Assembly (NCBI GenBank): GCA_000934665.2
Contig: JYFJ02000329.1
Span: 1-64,000 of the forward strand
Length of the DNA: 64,000 nucleotides
DNA from: Catajapyx aquilonaris
Lineage: Eukaryota
Direction: 5' to 3'
Position numbers and translations under genes: made by a program
The notes under the pieces: model-generated
What the model was told of the DNA's origin: nothing
What the model saw: the letters and a program-made list of their open reading frames with translations, nothing else
The model's database searches: none
Shown: positions 1 through 10,072 of the stretch, in pieces
How positions within the stretch are numbered: position 1 is the first letter of the stretch
Layout of the letters: the number at the start of each line of letters is the position of its first letter

Positions 1-338
1 CCAATTAGCGTAATTGGTGGATGCGTTGAATTTACGGCAATGCTTTAATTTTCTAGGCGGTATTATTGCAGAAGGGCATTTCCATGGGAATGTGAATTGA
101 TATAACTTATTGTTATATTTGATGTTTATGTAAGTTAATTGTTAAGGCCTGAGAAGTGAGAAGATTCGGGAATATGCGTGTTGTGGGAGTTAGGTTCATT
201 TTCGGAAGCTGAAACATGCGGCATTAAATTCCTTGAAAAATGTAACTCCCGATATGCTAATTTAAGGCGGTGTAGGGGCTTTCCCCTGGATTTCTATAAG
301 GGACAAACAAACAAACTCTCCTCATTTATAGATTAAGA
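1..338 (-). mobile_element. Helitron-like non-autonomous element, 5' end (runs off the window start)
   Basis: The minus strand reads A|TCTTAATCTATAAATGAGGAGAGTTTGTTTGTTTGTCCCTTATAG. This is a TC start after A, an AT-rich leader and a (GTTT)n tract, the layout typical of arthropod non-autonomous Helitron 5' ends. It resembles the element at 6538. The extent is approximate. Confidence 0.5.
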
Positions 339-1514
339 TTGTCGGAAGTGTTTATGGGATTGATATAAGGATTTATGGCCTAGTGTACACCAGATTTATG
401 TAGTTGTCACCCCATCATGTTGTATACAGAATAAAATGCATGTCTTGAACTGTGATAAAGTGATAAAAATTTTAATTTGCATTTATAAACTCATGGTTTG
501 TAAGATTCCAAGTAATACATGTAAGTAATTATATAATTACAAGGGGCATCTGGCACTGTACCTTTATTTTGCTTAGGTTGTACAATGCCTGGGTACCGCG
601 AACGAAGGGGGTATGATTCCAAGTAATTACAGAATGCAAATACAAACTGTTGGCACAGTTAATGCAGTTGTGTCAACAGGGCCCATTATTTGTGCTTGCT
701 TCATGCTCGCAGGAATTACCTCGCCCCTACTTTACACAAGAAATGGTACATACATGCAGAGATTAGTTTTTTAACCCTGTGTTAGTTGCTGCAATGTGAG
801 GGCAGCCATTGGTGAGTTATGAGAAGGCTGGGTACAATTTGTTGGGGATGTTTTGAAAGGCAAGCTATGATTGATCCAATCAAGGAGTCCCAGATACAGT
901 GGCACAGAAAGGTTGTATCTGTGCTCTCACAGCCAGTTGCATTTGCACACGTCTCTATGTCAGCTATTGTAATACATCAACAGCAGTTTCATTAGAACAT
1001 ATCATTTTGCCGTCTCATTGAATATGGGAACACCTGTGCAGACTAGAACAACTGCTTTCCCCTTCTGAAAGCCTATTTATATACATCCTGTGTAATGTGG
1101 TCTATCACAAGAATGAGTCAGTCTCATAGTGGGCGTAAGGTATCAGAAAAATTACAAAGGGTAATTCTTGACCTTGATGTTGTAGTTTTTATTATTACAG
1201 AAGTAACCTTAGCAGCTATACCTGTTTTGTTTGAAGTTGGTATTACTAGGTACTAATTGATGCAATATACTGTTGTTTACCACATAATGTACATGCTTTG
1301 CATATAGACTCAGAGCAGTTGTTTCAACCGTCCTTGACATAATTTCCCCCATTACACCAAACTCTTCTATCCCCATTATTTTGTTGAATCATTTGGTGTT
1401 TTGGTGCATCCCAGTTGTGTGTGTGTGTAGAACTGATTGCTCAAGATGCAGATAGGAAGAAGCATTAGGTTCTGTAATTGCATTTACCCAACTAAGCTAT
1501 CAATATCTTAACAG

Positions 1515-4500
1515 GACTGTGCTAGAAGCAGAAGAGGCAAACATAGACCAGTTAGAGCAGCGGCTGGAAAAAGTGCTTAAGGTGTGTGGAACTGTCGTGG
1601 ACGTTGGAAAAAACTATGTGTCTCAACAGAAGTGAGTATTATTGTATGACTTTTTATCATTATCTGAGTAAGTGTCATTCACAAAATTGTAAAGCTAATG
1701 ATATGGTTTTAAATGTGCACTTCTGGAAGGTGCAGTCAAATTTTTCCTTAATTAAACCTTCTTCCCTGAATGTTTAAATGATATCAACAAAAATATATTT
1801 CGACTTGAATTGCGACATTTTACTGATTGGTATTTAATTCCTTACTGCTTGTCAGGCAACTTGTGACCAGTCTTTGGGATCTGAGCACATACTTCCAAGC
1901 AGATGCAAGTGTGGCTGCCCCTCTCAACAAGCTTATCAACTCTCTACATGACACCATCAAGTTCCAGTCCATTTTATTGGACCAGACATCCCGCTCTGTG
2001 TGCAAGAATCTAGGCTCATTCATCAAGAAGTAGGTCAGGTGTTGCTTCTATGCAAGTTCTTGTGAGAACTGTCTTTGAGGTGCTTATTGTACCCTTACCG
2101 ACAAAAATCTATGCTGCAATTTATTGAACATCCCAAGTCTTATGTCAAGGGGTAATGTAAGGTCTCTCCAATCACATAGTGACATCAAGCACGTGAGGGA
2201 CAGTAAGCACTACTTTGACAAGATCTCCTTGGATCTGGATGCGGCTCTGGTGCGGAACTCCCAGGCACCGAAGAGCCGGACTCATGAAGTGGAGGATGCC
2301 AACAACCTGCTTTTGGCCACCAGAAGTTGCTACAGACACACCACACTTGATTATGTACATGCAATGAGTGTGTTGCAGGCAAAGAAGAGGCATGAGGTGC
2401 TGGACACTGTACGTATTTTCATAGGTTTTGTGTGTAGAAATGAGGTCCTATTATTCTGAAACTATTTTTTTCCCTTCCCACAGTTGCTGTCTTTTCTTCA
2501 TGCGCACCATACTTACTTCCATCAAGGCTATGAACTCTTCCAGGATGTTGATCCCTTCATGAAGTGTCTAGTCTCAGATGTGAGTACGCTTTCCAGATAA
2601 GGTGTCCATTTGTGTGCATATGTTGCCCCTCCTTCATATTGATTCTAACATGTGATATTTCACAGCTCTCTGAGATGAAGGGAGAGACAAGTGAACTGGC
2701 CAAACAGATGGAGAACCGTCATGCCATGGTGACATCAAGGGACTTTGTCCCCACTGTAAAGAACCGAGACAAAGTTCGTCTGGAGGGCTACCTGTTCAAG
2801 CGCACCTCTAATGCATTCAAAACCTGGAACCGACGCTGGTTTGTCCTCTCACATGAAAGCCTAGTGTATCGGAAACGATCTGGGGAGGACCACACCACCG
2901 TCATGGAGGAAGATCTGCGCCTGTGCACTGTGAGGCCTGTTGTCGAAGGGGAAAGGCGGTTCTGCTTTGAAGTACTGTCACCCACTAAGTGAGTAGCTTT
3001 GCATGTTAATGTTGCGAGATCAGCTGGCATAGCAAATTAATATAAGGGAATGACAACCTTTTCTCACATAGTCCTTGCTCAAGTAGTCCTCCTGATATGC
3101 ATATGTGAGGGGCTGAGATCCTAATCTCCTATCCACCCATATGCTGGTGTCCCAAGTGAAATTAAGCACACTTCCACCTTATCTTTGTAATATCTGCTTG
3201 GCATACAGTATTTGATTCCATGCTTATTTTCCTTGTTTATCAGGAGCCACATGTTGCAAGCAGATTCGGATGAGATGTACCAGCTGTGGATAGCGGCCAT
3301 GCAGCAGGGAATTGGATCAGCCATACAAGACACACTGCATGACGGTTCTTCGTCGCCAAGCTCAGGGAGGGCAGAGAAGGGAGAGGATGGCCTAATGGAA
3401 TCTCAGGCTGGGGATGATCAAATTGAAGCCAAGCAAAAGTAAGTGTATGGATTAATAAAAAATACAGCCTGATGTATCCTAACTGTTGGATTTATCTCAA
3501 TTAGATCCTGGGAACAAATTCTGAAACTGCCAGGAAATGATTCATGCTGTGATTGTGGAGCTTCCCAGCCACGCTGGGCCAGCATCAACCTCGGAATCAC
3601 TCTCTGCATTGGTATGTTACTTTATCTGCATGGTACAAATGAGGGTACCAACTTGTCAAAGTGTGCTAATACAAAACAAACAATGTCTGTCCATTTACTA
3701 TGCCTTCTTTCTGCAGAATGCTCAGGGATCCACCGCAGCCTCGGTGTCCATCACTCCAAAGTTCGATCCCTTACTCTGGATGCCTGGGAACCAGAGATCC
3801 TCAAAGTTATGGCAGAACTTGGCAATCGAATTGTGAACCGGATTTATGAGGCTTGCTATGATCATGATATGGACCTGCCAAGAGCTACTCCCGACTGCCA
3901 CCGAAATATACGTGAAGCTTGGATCAAAGCCAAATATGTGGAGAGATCCTTTGTGAGGAGAGATGTCTTGGACAAGCAGACACTTGCAGGAGGATTTAGG
4001 AGGTGGAGTGTACGGAAGCTGAGGCGGCGAGGGAAGAGCAGAGAGAGAGCTGAACTTCGTAGGGTATCCAAACGCTCAGAGGATGGGAAAAGGAGGCCAA
4101 TATTTTGCCCTGATCTCTCTGATGAGGAGAAGTTGGCGGCAATGCTTGAGAGGATGAGCACAGAAGGTGTGGAATTAGAGAGTGATGACAGTGGAAGGGA
4201 GAAGGCCGATGAGGAGAAGGGAGACGGAGTGCTTCTTATTGGGTCAGAGCTGGATCCTGGGGATGAATTAGGAAGTGGCATCGATCTGGATAGTGATCAG
4301 GATTCGACTGGCGGGGAGGAGGACATCTCTCTGGGTGAGAGCAATTGTACATACCTTCGACATGAGTATGTAATGGTGGCTGAGAAAGTAAAGCTGCATT
4401 GTTCACTCGAGAAATATGCTGGATTTAAGTGAAAATGTTCCCTGCACTCACGTTTGTGTTTTTCTACTTTTTAGAGGAGGACATCTCAAAGCTGCATCCT

Positions 4501-5111
4501 GATCTCCTCTTGTTCAAGGCTGCGGCTGCCCACAATCTCCCAGTGATGCTTCAGGCGCTGGCCCTAGGTGCGGACAAGAACTGGACCAACCCAGAGGAGT
4601 TAAACCGTGGCATATTCCACCAGGCAGCCTTAGGTGGCTCCGTGATGGCCTGTGAGTTCCTCATCTTGAATGGAGCCAAAATAGACGTGGTGGATGCCTC
4701 TGGTAAAACTCCACTCCACTTGGCCACTGAGCTGGGACACACAGGACAGGTGTGTCTCTTGCTGAAGCACAGAGCCAATCAGCACCTCAGAGATAATGCC
4801 GGAAGAAGGCCTCTCACCATCGCAGTTGAAGATGCCAATGCTGATATTGTCACACTGTGAGTTCCTGTCCAGTTGCGGAAACAATTTATGTTGAATTTGC
4901 CTGACTTCTTGAATTATTCCGCAGGTTGCGCCTTGCCCTGCTGAATGAAGAGATGCAACAATCTGAATTTGGAAGTGCTGGTGATGAGACTTTCAATGAG
5001 GTGGTAAAGGACTTCTCTCAGATGGCCTACAATGACCCCCGAAGCCTTCATCGGCGGTCTGTGGACGTCCGAAACTTCAAGAGTCCCAACAACACCGGAG
5101 CTGAAATCTGA
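1515..5111 (+). CDS. ACAP2: Arf-GAP with coiled-coil (BAR), PH, ArfGAP and ankyrin domains (ACAP/centaurin-beta); 5'-partial, about 808 aa in the window
   Basis: Ten phase-consistent exons with GT-AG introns: 1515-1631, 1856-2029, 2180-2408, 2484-2579, 2666-2988, 3244-3438, 3505-3611, 3717-4334, 4475-4856, 4925-5111. Motifs: BAR (LEQRLEKVLKVC; YFHQGYELF), PH (EGYLFKRTSNAFKTWNRRWF; DLRLCTVRP), ArfGAP zinc finger CCDCG...[34 protein letters not shown], ankyrin repeats (GKTPLHLATELGH). The start-codon exon was not found in the window. The paralog number is nominal. Confidence 0.95.
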
Positions 5112-5459
5112 AACTTGTGCTAAATATCATGGCTTCCAGTTGTAAAGAAAAAGAACCAAAAAATAACTGTTGCACTTACAAAATCATCGTCCCTCATCCA
5201 TTAATGTGCACATCAGTTAGCATGTTAATTAATGTTACGCCAGTTTTTGGCCTTACATGACCGTTAGATGGAAAAATACATATTTATGGCTGTTTTCTAA
5301 TAGAGGAATTTTTTAAAAGAGTGAGAATAATGGAAAAAATTGTTAGCATAGATGAATAATTTTGTTGCATTTCATGTACGTTGATGAATTCATTCCCTAA
5401 AAACGAGGTAATTTGTTGCACTAAGGTATTTTATAGTATTGTTCCAAGGAGTGTTAAAA

Positions 5460-5465
5460 AATAAA
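5460..5465 (+). promoter_or_regulatory. Putative polyadenylation signal of ACAP
   Basis: AATAAA about 350 nt after the TGA at 5111, in AT-rich 3' UTR-like sequence. Confidence 0.45.
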
Positions 5466-5573
5466 ATAACATTATTGATGGAATTCTGCATTGAGACTCT
5501 GTCAGATCCACACGCGGTTTAATTCTAGACTTTGGGAGCTGAAGGCACCTCCAAAACATATATGGTCTGTCTA

Positions 5574-5677
5574 CACTGTAAACTGCTAAGCATTAAAAGA
5601 GCATCACTACTCCCATGGAGCATCACATGTTTTTAATGCTCTTGTAATGCTTTTTTGCTGCTTTGTGGTTTACAGCG
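5574..5677. mobile_element. Short MITE-like inverted-repeat element
   Basis: Ends are TA|CACTGTAAAC ... GTTTACAGCG|TA, with an inner inverted pair AGCATTAAAAGAGCAT / ATGCTCTTGTAATGCT and TA on both flanks. Confidence 0.5.
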
Positions 5678-6301
5678 TACGCCAAGATTGCTGCGGAGGT
5701 TTGGCCAGTACACCATTGCAACTTACTGCAACCATCTTCACGATTTATTACGAGCTAGGCCGCAGGGGTTCAACGAAAAAGGTTAGCGTCTGTATAATTA
5801 TTAGAGAGCATGTGAAGGCAAGAATATGACGTTAATTGCTAATTGCCCCGTAGCGAATCTTAGCAATGGGCCTAAAAATTGCAACAAATGATGTACTTCT
5901 GAGTATGCACCTTCAGACAACATTAAGCGGAAACAGGCATTGCTTCCACTCGCCTGACAAGTTCATAAAAGGCATTGTGAGGGGTGAGGCCAATTGATGA
6001 ATAATTAATGCATATTAACAATTTTTTTTGAACACGTCACATGCCCTGTTCGTGCAGTGTGATCAGATCGAAAGTGGTCAAACCAATAATCTCAAGTTTA
6101 ATCCACAATTTTAATTATGTTTAATTTTCACGCATCTTTTGTGACATTATCCCGTAATTAAAAATGTAAAATGAATTGATCCACGTGTCCGGCATATTCC
6201 TCCAGCCAGCCAGCCAGCCCGAGACAGCCAATGGAGATCGGCCAGCGTCGCTGCGTGCGTGGTTGCCAGTTGGCTCGCCTCGTCTCCTCATCCGGATCAA
6301 G

Positions 6302-9300
6302 ATGGCGACGCTCAGGACGCAGCCGACGCTTCTCCCGGCCGGCTTCTCTGTGCTCCTCCTCGGAGCCCTGTTCCTCTCCTCCCTCACCTGCAGCCATGGG
6401 GCCGCGGAGACCCTGGTCCTGCTGGACAACCTGGCCGTCAGGGAGACGCACTCCATGTTCTTCAAGTCCATGCAAGGCAAGTGCCGGCTCCTCGCCGCCG
6501 TGGAGGGGAATGAATTATCATGGGATATAGGCAATAATCTTCTGACATGTATATATATGCGGGTAGGTTTGTCTGTCTGTTTGTTCCCATTTATAAAGGG
6601 GTTGCCATGACAACGCGTCGCCATGGCAGCAAAAGACTGACCATGGCAACAGATTGTGGGCTCTGCTGCTAGTAATTTATAAGTAGCTAGTAGTGAACCC
6701 GTTGCCAAATTTTGTCTCCCCCCCACTTGGACGTAGTACGATATGCCAATACCAGTTGGTGCGTAGATGCTCCCTCTGCACATTACTGCTGCTCTGGCGC
6801 TCTCAGGGGGAAAGTACTAAGTGCACATTGGTGATGAGTGACCGCGCAGACCAAGTTCAACTGGGCAGTCTTGGCTCCTTTGAAGTGTGTCCTAAGTTGG
6901 GACACACTTGGTTGGGACCTCTCTGTCCACTATAGAGAGTGAACCTGTTGTGTCCTGCCATTATTGAATGGGGAAAGTGATAAATAAGACTGTGGTGATA
7001 ACTACGTTAACTGTGTGTGCCTAGGGGCTAGGACCTAGGTGATGAGTCAACGTGTTTAGGGACGGAGTCACGTCTAGCAAATTATGAATATGAGGAGGAG
7101 GATCATTCTGCTTGGTGAATTATTATTATTCATGAATCTGCTAGGTGAATTATCAGCCATGAGGAAGATTAATCTACTTGGTGAATTATTATCCATGAGG
7201 AGGATTAATCCGCTAGGTGAATTATTCTCCATATAAGGAGGATTAATCCGCTAGGTGAATTATTCTCCACTAGTAGTGGACCCATTGCCAAATTTTGCCA
7301 ACACTGCTTGGCCCACTCCCCAACTTGGACATAGTATAGGCTACAATAGGCCACTGCCTGTTGGCGCATAGGCTCTCCCTCTGCACACTACTGCCACTCT
7401 CAGGGAGAAAATAGGGCTGCATGCACATTGGTAATTAGTAACTGTGTGGACAAAGCCCACCAGGGTGCTATACTACTTTCCCCACTTACTACTATCCCCA
7501 TTCAACAATTAGAGGACAGGAGTGAAATTTATATTAAAGCTACTACCTAAGTGATGAGTCATTTGTATGGTGGTGTCACACATCAATTCTGTATATGATG
7601 ATTGTATGCGTAATATATTTTGTACGTTTGGTTGCAGACCGAGGCTACTCGCTCACGTATAAGTCAGCGGATGATCCTGGACTGTCACTCGTCAAGTATG
7701 GGGAGTTTTTGTACCAGAACGTGATCATATTCGCTCCGTCTGTGGAAGAGTTTGGAGGGACGCTCAGCGTTGAGGCCATCACCGAATTCATTGATGGAGG
7801 AGGTACTTACTCTCACTTTAACTGGCGTACAATTTTGCTACATAGTCTCACTTTCCATCCAATTAGGCAATGTGCTTGTGGCTGCTAGCTCGCAGGCCAG
7901 CGACCTGATGCGTGAACTTGCATCTGAATGCGGGTTTGAAGTGGATGAGGAAGGCGCATCAGTCATCGATCACCTCAACTATGATGCTCGGGACACGGGC
8001 AAGCACACTTTGGTGGTGGCAGAGCCATCAGATATGATCAATGCCACCATCATCGTTGGCTCAGTAGACATACCGCCACTGCTGTATCGTGGAACAGGGC
8101 TAATTTCAGATCAAGAGAATCCCCTTGTTTTGGAAGTTCTGTCTGCATCCAGCACAGCATATTCCTACAATCCTGACCAGCCAATTACAGAGTACCCACA
8201 CGCAGTTGGGAAGAACACACTCATGATTGCAGCTCTGCAGGCACGCAATAATGCACGTGTCATGTTTTCTGGATCACTTGACTTCTTTTCCGACGAGTTC
8301 TTCACGGCGCCAGTTCAGAAAATGATGGGAGGCCAGCGCTATGAGAAATCTGGAAACCAACAGCTGGCCACTGCTCTGAGTCAGTGGGTGTTCAAGGAGC
8401 ATGGAGTTCTTCGTGTTGGAAAAGTGACGCACCACCGCCTGGGTCAGTCACGTGCACCAGTGGCGTACACCGTTGGTGACTACGTGATCTACAGTATTGT
8501 GGTGGAGAAGTTGGTTGATGGCTTCTGGCACCCCTTCGAGGCAGAGGACCTGCAGCTGGAGTTTGTCCGGATTGACCCATTCGTCCGGACTGTGCTGGCC
8601 CGAACCACTGGTGGGCGGTATGAGACCAAAATTAAAATCCCAGATGTGTATGGTGTGTACCAGTTCAAGGTGGATTACAACAGGGTTGGATACACACATC
8701 TCTACAGCAGCACACAGGTAAATATATGGGATGGGAAATTTCTTTCAGTTTATTACAGCAAAAGCTGCCTGTAGAAGGCGTCCATTATGGTATTCAAGGA
8801 AAGGCTGGAAGCGGCCAGAATAATGTGTTTGCAATCATAATCCAAGGGTGATTCCGAGGGGTTCGTCACTTTATACTGTAGCGTACGACAGACTTGAGTC
8901 GTACGAAGGACTTCATTTGCAATTCAACTGGACTTCAGCCTCAGTGTATGAAGGACTTCATAAGTGACTAACCCCTCAGGTGATTCAGTAAGTCTGGCAA
9001 CAGGTGCATTTACAGTCATGGCTAGTGTAAAAGCTCAGCCCATTGCGTTAGCCTGTAGAGAGACTCTGAGAGCATGTTGGGGCCAAATTTCTGAGTATTG
9101 TCAATAAAATAAATCTGCAGTGTGGCTTTAGGTGTGGAAGTCAGTGAGTGGTACACAGTGGAAGTGGTGAGTAGGTCTGGGCATTTTAAAGATCACCATT
9201 TCTTCATTACAGAGCTGCATATCGTTGGTGATCATGAAAAACCTCGTATCTCCTGCAAAAACCAATGGAACATACGAGGTTTTGCACGATCACCGACGAT

Positions 9301-9703
9301 ATGGAAATGTGCAATTAATATCCAGTGACATTAAAATGCATAATTGCTGCACATATTTGAGTTAGACCACCCCAAAAGTGGACTCCGCTGGGTTTTTGTA
9401 TCTCGGACCTATCATATGTACACCAACATGTATGAAATAAGTTGACCTTGAACCTGGTGTTTGAAAATTGGTCGCAACCACCTGTCAACTGATACACCTG
9501 CCATACTGTGACATCCACTACATGCCATGCATTGTTTCTAATTCCAGGTGTCAGTTCGTCCGCTGCAGCATACACAGTACGAGCGGTTCATAGTCAGTGC
9601 TTACCCGTACTATGCAAGTGCATTCAGCATGATGGTGGGCGTCTTCTTATTCAGCTGCGTTTTCTTGCACTACAAGGAGGACATAAAGAGCAAGACGGAG
9701 TGA
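6302..9703 (+). CDS. DDOST: Oligosaccharyltransferase 48 kDa subunit (OST48/WBP1), 448 aa
   Basis: Exons 6302-6476, 7638-7802, 7867-8717, 9548-9703 (1347 nt, in frame). Signal peptide, [87 protein letters not shown]...[11 protein letters not shown], a C-terminal TM helix and a KSKTE* dilysine ER-retrieval motif. Intron 1 has a GC donor. Confidence 0.97.
6538..6672 (+). mobile_element. Non-autonomous Helitron-like element in OST48 intron 1
   Basis: A|TC...CTAG|T boundaries (an AT target with no TSD). The 5' part TATATATATG...GTTTGTCTGTCTGTTTGTTCCC resembles the element at 1-338. Repeated CCATGGCA/TGCCATG motifs lie near the 3' end. Confidence 0.55.
6688..6855. repeat. Dispersed repeat, copy 1 (possibly a Helitron 3' end on the minus strand)
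   Basis: TAGTAGTGAACCCGTTGCCAAATTTTG...CTCCCTCTGCACATTACTGC...CTCTCAGGGGGAAA...TGCACATTGGT aligns by eye to 7271-7455. The minus strand ends in CACTACTAG. Confidence 0.65.
7090..7269. repeat. Minisatellite with a unit of about 36 bp, 5-6 degenerate copies
   Basis: Consensus approximately ATGAGGAGGATTAATCCGCTAGGTGAATTATTCTCC, repeated head to tail. Confidence 0.8.
7271..7455. repeat. Dispersed repeat, copy 2
   Basis: TAGTAGTGGACCCATTGCCAAATTTTG...CTCCCTCTGCACACTACTGC...CTCTCAGGGAGAAA...TGCACATTGGT, a diverged direct copy of 6688-6855. Confidence 0.65.
8855..8978. mobile_element. MITE with TIRs of about 17 bp and an 8-bp TSD (hAT/P-like) in OST48 intron 3
   Basis: TIRs CGAGGGGTTCGTCACTT / AAGTGACTAACCCCTCA, flanked by the direct repeat GGTGATTC (8847-8854 and 8979-8986). 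Internal hairpin CGTACGAC...GTCGTACG. Confidence 0.8.
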
Positions 9704-9849
9704 AAAAAAAAATTTAAAAATGCTGTGCATATGGACCATATTTTCATTTTCACATGTTGCCTGACTTTTGAACATTCCAAGTGTTTTTTGCACAATGTTG
9801 TGAACACCCCGCCCCCTCCACCCCTGCAATCCTCCTTGAGTTGTGCAGC

Positions 9850-9855
9850 AATAAA
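9850..9855 (+). promoter_or_regulatory. Putative polyadenylation signal of DDOST
   Basis: AATAAA about 150 nt after the stop at 9703. Confidence 0.5.
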
Positions 9856-10072
9856 AAAAAGGGCCATTTGGCATGTGACAACCTGACTCATCAGCATTTT
9901 TCGTCATTCGTGGTCATTTCCCGCTCAAATTCCACCACATGTCCGGTGCCATTGCACCAGTCAAGGGTGGGGCTATGTTGCCACGTGTGTACTTAAAGAG
10001 ATGTGGCAATGTGCCAGTTTGGGTTGAGGGGGTAAGGAATGAAGATAGATTTCATTTCAGTTGAAGGGTCAC

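Noticed and set aside
6121..6783. Long antisense and alternate-frame ORFs over GC-rich exons (also at 24058-24852 and 32659-33570)
   Set aside because: These are shadow ORFs of GC-rich coding sequence with no recognisable product.
7090..7269. Repeats of about 36 bp, similar to CRISPR repeat length
   Set aside because: Units are head to tail without spacers and there are no cas genes; it is an intronic minisatellite.
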